DNA from: a virus
Lineage: Duplodnaviria > Caudoviricetes
Virus record (IMG/VR): IMGVR_UViG_3300048896_000141
Coordinates: 1-42,258 of that record
Direction: 5' to 3' (one strand)
Length of the DNA: 42,258 nt
The notes under the pieces were generated by a model that made no database searches, had not been told where the DNA came from, and was given only the letters and a program-made list of their open reading frames with translations. Both the position numbers and the translations under genes were made by a program. Shown here piece after piece: positions 36,861 through 42,258 of this stretch. How positions within the stretch are numbered: the stretch's first letter is position 1; each line of letters opens with the position of its first letter.

Positions 36861-38156
36861 TCAGTCAGTTATACCAAATTCATCAATCCCCGGTGATATA
36901 GTGTATGTTATGACTGCAGTAGCCATAGGTAAAATTAACACTTGTACCCCATTGTTATAAGCCACCGAACGACCGTTAGCTGTCACACTTACACCAGTTC
37001 CACCATAAATCGACAACATAACTATCTGACCTCGTGTATTGGTATAAGTGTAAGGTGATGCCCCAACAGATAAAACATTCATAACAGAATTACCAAGATT
37101 AGAACCAACTTTTTTATTGGTTAAATTTGTCGTTTGATCTGCAAAATTAGAAATGGTGTTGCTATAACACATATTATTATCAGCCTTATAATAATTATTA
37201 TAATTAGCCTCTATTCGAACCCCATAAGTTTGTGTTGCTATAGTTTGATCATCAAAACAGGTATTGTCATAAATTTCAAAGAATGCCAAATTTGATGTTG
37301 TAACAATACCCTCCGCCCCACAATTACTGACAATGTTGTCATGAACAATGTTCCAGTTACCAGCCTGCAACACAATCCCTGAAGCTTTTTGTTTTGTTAT
37401 AAAATTGTTATAAACTTTACTATGTCCGTTCAATTCAATACCACTTGAAATTGAACTACCTCCTGCACCAATGTGATTATCATAAACTTTAACAAATCCA
37501 GTATTGGCAGACATAGGATAAATTGCAAGTTGACCTCCACCAATAGATGTATTACATTGACAACCTTTAATGTAATTATTAAAAACCTTAGCATTGACAC
37601 CAGAAACCCCTATAGCATCGATATAGGTTCCAGTAACAGTATTCCCACTAATTTCCTGATTAATCGAACTAGGAACAATTGCCCATATACCATATGATCC
37701 AATTGTTGAACTATACAGTCCTAGTACAAAATTATCCCTAATTTTACAATGATCAAAACCTCCTGAAATTCCAACGTTGCGTAAATTGTACACAAAACAA
37801 TTTTCAATGACACAATTTGCACCATTTGCTGCAATTTCAGCTTGGGAAAATGTAGTAACGTTTGTGTAATTACCATTTATTGTTGCATTTTTAATTGTTG
37901 CATTAGTACTAAGTAAAATTAAATGCGTCGATGTTACATCACATCCATGAATAAACGTTGCCGTGTAACTTTCAAATATCAATGTCGTATTGGCGGGGAT
38001 TGTAAGCGTTGTATTCACATAATAACTTGCGTTAGAGGGTACGTAACAGATTCCACCAATCGACGCATTTAAAGCGTTTTGAATGGCTGTTGAATCATCT
38101 GTCACACCATCACCAATAGTTCCATAATCAACAACACTAAAAAACGAAGCACTCAT
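36861..38156 (-). CDS. Right-handed beta-helix (pectate lyase-like) tailspike/depolymerase
   Basis: SVVDYGTIGDGVTDDSTAIQNALN, Asn-ladder repeats, C-terminal VGASPYTYTN domain. Confidence 0.8.
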   Translation of the reverse strand: MSASFFSVVDYGTIGDGVTDDSTAIQNALNASIGGICYVPSNASYYVNTTLTIPANTTLIFESYTATFIHGCDVTSTHLILLSTNATIKNATINGNYTNVTTFSQAEIAANGANCVIENCFVYNLRNVGISGGFDHCKIRDNFVLGLYSSTIGSYGIWAIVPSSINQEISGNTVTGTYIDAIGVSGVNAKVFNNYIKGCQCNTSIGGGQLAIYPMSANTGFVKVYDNHIGAGGSSISSGIELNGHSKVYNNFITKQKASGIVLQAGNWNIVHDNIVSNCGAEGIVTTSNLAFFEIYDNTCFDDQTIATQTYGVRIEANYNNYYKADNNMCYSNTISNFADQTTNLTNKKVGSNLGNSVMNVLSVGASPYTYTNTRGQIVMLSIYGGTGVSVTANGRSVAYNNGVQVLILPMATAVITYTISPGIDEFGITD

Positions 38157-38241
38157 AAAAAATCCTCAAATTTTGTACACAAACCAATGTTACCACAAAT
38201 ACATTGGAATCTAAAATAGTTGTCAGTTTGATTGCACCGAC

Positions 38242-38610
38242 TTAGCCGCCCACTAATTTTTCACATTGTTTATAATATTACTGTCTAGTGGTTGCCAAAA
38301 TACATGCACTAGACACTCTGACAACACTAATTGTCACATATTCATAATTTATATTTCTACTGATTTTAATCTATTTAGTAGTCTTCTAAGTCGTATAGTA
38401 GTTAAACCTATATAAACAAAGGGTTTGCAGCCGCCCACTAATGCCGCCCACTAATTTTAGCCGCCCACTATTAGTAGTCGTCAACTCAAAATAAAAAATT
38501 GCGCAATTTTACAAAAATTCTGCAAATTGCGCAATTTTAAAAACTTATAATATTACTAATTTTAGCCGCCCACTAATTTTAGCCGCCCACTAATTTTAGC
38601 CGCCCACTAA
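38242..38610. repeat. Iteron-like repeat cluster, putative replication origin
   Basis: Seven copies of GCCGCCCACTA (one near 38245, three at 38430-38470, three at 38565-38609 with 17-bp period) plus two AAATTGCGCAATTT palindromes, in an AT-rich non-coding region next to the primase-helicase gene. Confidence 0.8.
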
Positions 38611-38614
38611 ATCA

Positions 38615-38779
38615 TTATTTCACTGTACATATATCCATTGGTTCTAAAACAACATCTATAAAATTTACATCCGTAATAATTTCTTGATTATCAAATATTT
38701 CATAACGACTTATCATTTGAACTAATCTTTCGACATCATTATCATTTATTAACCAAACTAATTGTCTTGTTTCTCTCAT
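38615..38779 (-). CDS. 54-aa hypothetical protein (not in the ORF track)
   Basis: RBS GGAG then ATG; MRETRQLVWLINDNDVERLVQMISRYEIFDNQEIITDVNFIDVVLEPMDICTVK. Confidence 0.55.
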   Translation of the reverse strand: MRETRQLVWLINDNDVERLVQMISRYEIFDNQEIITDVNFIDVVLEPMDICTVK

Positions 38780-41111
38780 TTTGATCTCCTGAATATTGAG
38801 CTTTTAAATAAACCTCAGCGATTTCTGAGGGTGTTAGATTGCAAGTATTTTTTATAACTTCTTCAGTACAATATACATAAATTCTAGTATTGCCTTCTTC
38901 AATTATCATTCTTCCTAATCGACCGTCTTTTAATGAAGGATGTAATTTATATCCCATATTTGATGCGTATTTCTTTAATAATCTGGAATCAATATTTTTA
39001 TTAGCTAATAAATCATTTGCACGTTTGGAAGAAATCCAACCGCCTCTGAAACCTAATTCCATTCCATCGACTGCTTCACGTAAAGTTACCTCAATTTTAC
39101 TTCTACTATTCTCATATACTTCTTCTTCGCTACTACTGTCAGGGGCACGCACACATCCTTTGGCTGGATTCCATTTAGCTGCAATAGGGTAAGTCTTTAG
39201 ATAGTTAGCAACGATGGCAAACCCTTGTTCATTTCTCAACCAGTCATTCATTTTTCCAAACCATTCTTCATTAAGTCCAGCACTTGATAAGTCTTCTAAT
39301 TCTTGTAAGGCACTATACATGACGCAAAACCGGCGATCTCCTTTAGATTTCTTAAAATCAGATTTTTCATTTAACGTAAATATAAAATTAGCATAGTTAC
39401 CTGTCATACGTCCATCTACTCCTTTAGCTTCTACAATCACATCAGTATCAGTTACTAATTTCTTTACTTCCCCTTCAGTTTCTCTGTCTTGTTTCATTTC
39501 ATTAATAACAACTACTAATGCACGTTCAACCCATGCATTAAATTTGCCGCCCAATTCGCTGGCTTTAGGCGTGACTACAAACCGACGACCTACAGCGTAT
39601 TTAAGGCATTCTGTAATGGTTGTCTTACCTATTCCCTGACCGCCTTGTAAAACTGGTGCCCACATAAACTTTTGACCGGGATACTGAACGCATGCAGCCA
39701 TCCATGATAGTAATATCTCAGCATCATTTCCATTTGGGAAATTTTTATGGACTAAATTTGTAAATAAAGAAGCATCACCTTCAAGTATGTTTATTTTGAT
39801 AGGATCATAAGTATTTAGATAACGAACCCCATCTTCTTCAAAAACACTTATTGGTAATTTAGTGGGATCAAAGCGTTCATAATCAACTTTTAAAAAATTA
39901 ATAATTTGTGATTTTAGAAAAGCTTCGGAAGCCTTCTTAGTTGTACTCCCTTGCCCATTATCGAGTGATAATTTAAAAATATATTTTCCAAATGCACTAT
40001 TAAATTGTTTATCTGATAACAATCTAAAGGCCCCATTGGAAAGAGGGATATAAAATTTATCACGATCAAGGATATAAACACAATCTTTAAATAATTTCTT
40101 TTGTTCATTAATACCTAAAAAACAATTGTCTTCTTCAATTTCATCACTCCATGTAAGTAAAGGTTTCTCAATATGCGAAGGTTTGTCTTGTCTTACATTC
40201 GAACATTTCAAACATGCATTCTTAATGGTGCGGTCTAAATAATCAGACCTGTTCCACTTATCTCTGACTAGTTCACTTTGTAACATAAACTTTTTCATAC
40301 GTGGAGCATTACAACCTGTCCAATACGCTAAATGTAATGCTAGCCCTGAATCATAACTACTAATATCACCTTTCCAATAAGGTTCAAGAATTACAACATT
40401 ATTAGTGTAATAATCTGCAAAGGTTGGTTTAGATATATCAAATTTAGACTGCATACTTGAGGAACGTAACATTCTTTGAAGCAATTCCTCATCGGTACTC
40501 TCGCAATAATAATCCGCGCGCGGCTCTTCAAAATCATTATCACTGGTAACTACTTGCTTAGAATCCGGTGCAAAGTATTGTGCAACTATCCCCACCATCA
40601 CTTCAGTGGCATCAACATCAGCATTACCATAAGCTTGTCCACTGAGACCAAAGGCTACACCTCGCCCTTGTGTGTACAGCTCTAATCCGGTTCCGGCAGG
40701 TTTGATTTGTCGCGCGATAGGTAATTCACCACGACCAAAGAAATGATACCCTTTAGCACTACTTGAGTATTCAAATGCGCATGCTGACAGCCTGCTATAA
40801 ATATCAGCCGCTACAGGGGTCATTACGCCATCAAGAAGTGCGTTGTCTACATCAAGGAACCAATATCCACAATTATCAGTAAAATAGAAACCTAGCGCAT
40901 ATTGACCATGAGGTTGTCCCAGTACCCATTCCTGAGCATCATCAAAGCTCAGCCAATTCTCAGGCTTGCTAGCATCAGTTGGATAAGTAGGGTTGCTTGG
41001 ATGAATTGGAATTTTGGCATATTTCTTCTTGGAATTATCCCAAGTGAGACGCCATACAATAAATTGAGGAAGGTCGACCATCCGACCAAGCGCGGCTTTG
41101 AGCATTGTCAT
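38742..41111 (-). CDS. NrS-1-like primase-polymerase fused to an SF3 (DUF5906-like) helicase
   Basis: QFIVW..KIP, FLDVD, EYSSSAKGYH, LELY; helix bundle LAYWTG...RDKW.R.DY; Walker A GGQGIGKT, VVINE, FIFTLN, DRRF. Confidence 0.88.
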   Translation of the reverse strand: MTMLKAALGRMVDLPQFIVWRLTWDNSKKKYAKIPIHPSNPTYPTDASKPENWLSFDDAQEWVLGQPHGQYALGFYFTDNCGYWFLDVDNALLDGVMTPVAADIYSRLSACAFEYSSSAKGYHFFGRGELPIARQIKPAGTGLELYTQGRGVAFGLSGQAYGNADVDATEVMVGIVAQYFAPDSKQVVTSDNDFEEPRADYYCESTDEELLQRMLRSSSMQSKFDISKPTFADYYTNNVVILEPYWKGDISSYDSGLALHLAYWTGCNAPRMKKFMLQSELVRDKWNRSDYLDRTIKNACLKCSNVRQDKPSHIEKPLLTWSDEIEEDNCFLGINEQKKLFKDCVYILDRDKFYIPLSNGAFRLLSDKQFNSAFGKYIFKLSLDNGQGSTTKKASEAFLKSQIINFLKVDYERFDPTKLPISVFEEDGVRYLNTYDPIKINILEGDASLFTNLVHKNFPNGNDAEILLSWMAACVQYPGQKFMWAPVLQGGQGIGKTTITECLKYAVGRRFVVTPKASELGGKFNAWVERALVVVINEMKQDRETEGEVKKLVTDTDVIVEAKGVDGRMTGNYANFIFTLNEKSDFKKSKGDRRFCVMYSALQELEDLSSAGLNEEWFGKMNDWLRNEQGFAIVANYLKTYPIAAKWNPAKGCVRAPDSSSEEEVYENSRSKIEVTLREAVDGMELGFRGGWISSKRANDLLANKNIDSRLLKKYASNMGYKLHPSLKDGRLGRMIIEEGNTRIYVYCTEEVIKNTCNLTPSEIAEVYLKAQYSGDQNERNKTISLVNK

Positions 41112-41166
41112 AAATAAACCTTATTATTAGATGAGTTTTAGGGCAATCAAGTTTATCATGGGCTAT

Positions 41167-41201
41167 AAAAAAAGACCACAAGGTCATCACTCTTGTGGTC
41201 T
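41167..41201 (-). terminator. Intrinsic terminator upstream of the primase gene
   Basis: AGACCACAAG-9 nt-CTTGTGGTCT followed by a T run on the - strand. Confidence 0.8.
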
Positions 41202-41239
41202 ACCCCTAATACAAACATCGCTTTATGACAAGCACGGTA

Positions 41240-41268
41240 ATGATAACCAATTGCCACATACTTGTCAA
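41240..41268 (-). promoter_or_regulatory. Near-consensus sigma70 promoter
   Basis: TTGACA-17 bp-TATCAT on the - strand. Confidence 0.75.
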
Positions 41269-41271
41269 CGA

Positions 41272-41466
41272 TCAACATACCTTCTTTAGTTCACCTGTCT
41301 GAATATAATGTGTAGCAAAATCATGGAATACTCTTGAGGCTGTCATTGCAACCGCCGCAAGTTCTGCATTACTGCTGACATTATCATCCATTTTCAAACC
41401 GATAAAGATTTGTTCAGCAGTCATCATTTCATCGTTGCGTATCTCTGAGATATCATCATCCATCAT
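41272..41466 (-). CDS. Hypothetical protein
   Basis: RBS GAGGGG; ATGA overlap. Confidence 0.65.
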   Translation of the reverse strand: MMDDDISEIRNDEMMTAEQIFIGLKMDDNVSSNAELAAVAMTASRVFHDFATHYIQTGELKKVC

Positions 41467-41654
41467 AACCCCCTCAACATATTTATAATCTTACGCAATG
41501 CATCATTAGACAAATGTTGTGGGGGTATCCATGCATAACGGATTTTATCTATTTCAAGTCTCAATTGTTCAGCTAATTCTTTGCGTTCAATTTCAAGTTC
41601 AGTGAGTGGCATCGTAGGCTCTCCTAGTAGCAACTGCATCGTCATAACTGTCAC
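41463..41654 (-). CDS. Hypothetical protein (true start probably MPLTELEI after RBS AGGAG)
   Basis: ORF track and operon packing. Confidence 0.55.
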   Translation of the reverse strand: MTVMTMQLLLGEPTMPLTELEIERKELAEQLRLEIDKIRYAWIPPQHLSNDALRKIINMLRGL

Positions 41655-41904
41655 CGTAGTAGATCATCAGCTTCTTTCCTTCCACATAAGCCAGAGCCAT
41701 CCACTTGTCATAATGTGAGCATTGATAGACACCTTTGACACGAATGCGACCATCAAGATATCTTCCCTTAACGCCCTTTTGATAACGGCCCTTATCCATC
41801 TTATGTACAAACCTATCCAAATTATTCTTTGGAAGAATTGCCTTAACGCTTTCAGGGTCACTAAAAATTGCAAGTTGCTGTTCAAAAGTAGTTGTCATGA
41901 TCAA
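41599..41904 (-). CDS. AP2-domain-like DNA-binding protein
   Basis: VKGVYQ...KWMA.AYVEGKK....G.SYDDAVATRRAY; RBS AAGGAG. Confidence 0.6.
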   Translation of the reverse strand: MIMTTTFEQQLAIFSDPESVKAILPKNNLDRFVHKMDKGRYQKGVKGRYLDGRIRVKGVYQCSHYDKWMALAYVEGKKLMIYYGDSYDDAVATRRAYDATH

Positions 41905-41915
41905 TCTCCTTCAAA

Positions 41916-42050
41916 TCAGATGCAAACAAGCTTGATAACTACATAAGTTATACAAACCGCTAAAATTATGATGAATAATCCACATGCAATAATATAATCA
42001 AACAAAAGCACAAATAATATCCCTAAACCTAACCACCCGATCCAGCTCAT
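41916..42050 (-). CDS. Small hydrophobic membrane protein (44 aa)
   Basis: MSWIGWLGLGILFVLL...; ATGA overlap with the upstream ORF. Confidence 0.55.
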   Translation of the reverse strand: MSWIGWLGLGILFVLLFDYIIACGLFIIILAVCITYVVIKLVCI

Positions 42051-42220
42051 GCGTACACCTTGATGGTGATATAAATCGCCCAGACAGTCAGGCAAGTTAG
42101 CCACACATTAAGTGCTTTGATATGCTTAGCTACTTTATTTAAATTGTTAGCCATTTCACCCATTCCGCGCGCAGTAACTATGGCGAAATCACCCATTGTA
42201 TCCATCCATTTTTCACTCAT
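42047..42220 (-). CDS. 57-aa protein with C-terminal TM helix (not in the ORF track)
   Basis: RBS AGGGGG; MSEKWMDTMGDFAIVTARGMGEMANNLNKVAKHIKALNVWLTCLTVWAIYITIKVYA. Confidence 0.6.
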   Translation of the reverse strand: MSEKWMDTMGDFAIVTARGMGEMANNLNKVAKHIKALNVWLTCLTVWAIYITIKVYA

Positions 42221-42258
42221 GCTAAAAATCCCCCTATGACAATTACTGCAAGTAAAAG

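Noticed and set aside
38242-38610. CRISPR or mini-array
   Set aside because: Repeats are 11-17 bp and mostly directly tandem with no unique spacers; no cas operon. The DUF2800 gene is a common phage Cas4-like nuclease.
10803-40685. Many + strand ORFs antisense to structural genes (e.g. 10803..11216, 33880..34230, 38890..39192)
   Set aside because: Shadow frames of real - strand genes with no motifs or RBS support.
1-42258. Alternative genetic code, or a diversity-generating retroelement
   Set aside because: Genes are full length under the standard code with all three stops used as terminators; no reverse transcriptase or template/variable repeat pair was seen.
42220-42258. Terminal repeat or circular overlap with the window start
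   Set aside because: The two ends share no visible sequence and position 1 is mid-gene, so the genome is incomplete in this window.

Overview
The window is most of the genome of an AT-rich tailed dsDNA phage. It is a contractile-tail myovirus with a DUF1073 portal / DUF2213 protease / DUF2184-like capsid type of structural module. The host is probably a Gram-negative proteobacterium, judging by the two-component spanin and the proteobacterial-looking dUTPase. The + strand (1-9400) carries replication and nucleotide genes: DUF2800 Cas4-like nuclease, DUF2815 SSB, a tRNA-like RNA, an intein-containing class II RNR and a family-B DNA polymerase. These are followed by a sigma70-driven cassette of small early genes. 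The - strand (9400-42258) carries, in transcription order: small genes, an NrS-1-like primase-polymerase/SF3 helicase, an iteron-rich putative origin, a beta-helix tailspike, terminase, portal, head, tail, baseplate, fibres and lysis. No integrase, repressor or CRISPR array is visible. The most unusual signals are: (1) a tRNA-Ser-like RNA with a 17-nt expansion of the anticodon arm directly before nrdJ; (2) an HNH endonuclease that appears to have captured the start of the baseplate spike gene and supplied a recoded copy beginning at ATT; (3) a frameshift inside the Walker A motif of the large terminase; (4) an intein immediately after the catalytic Cys of NrdJ; (5) one small beta-domain grafted into three different virion proteins. 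All family assignments come from recalled motifs and gene order; no database searches were run.
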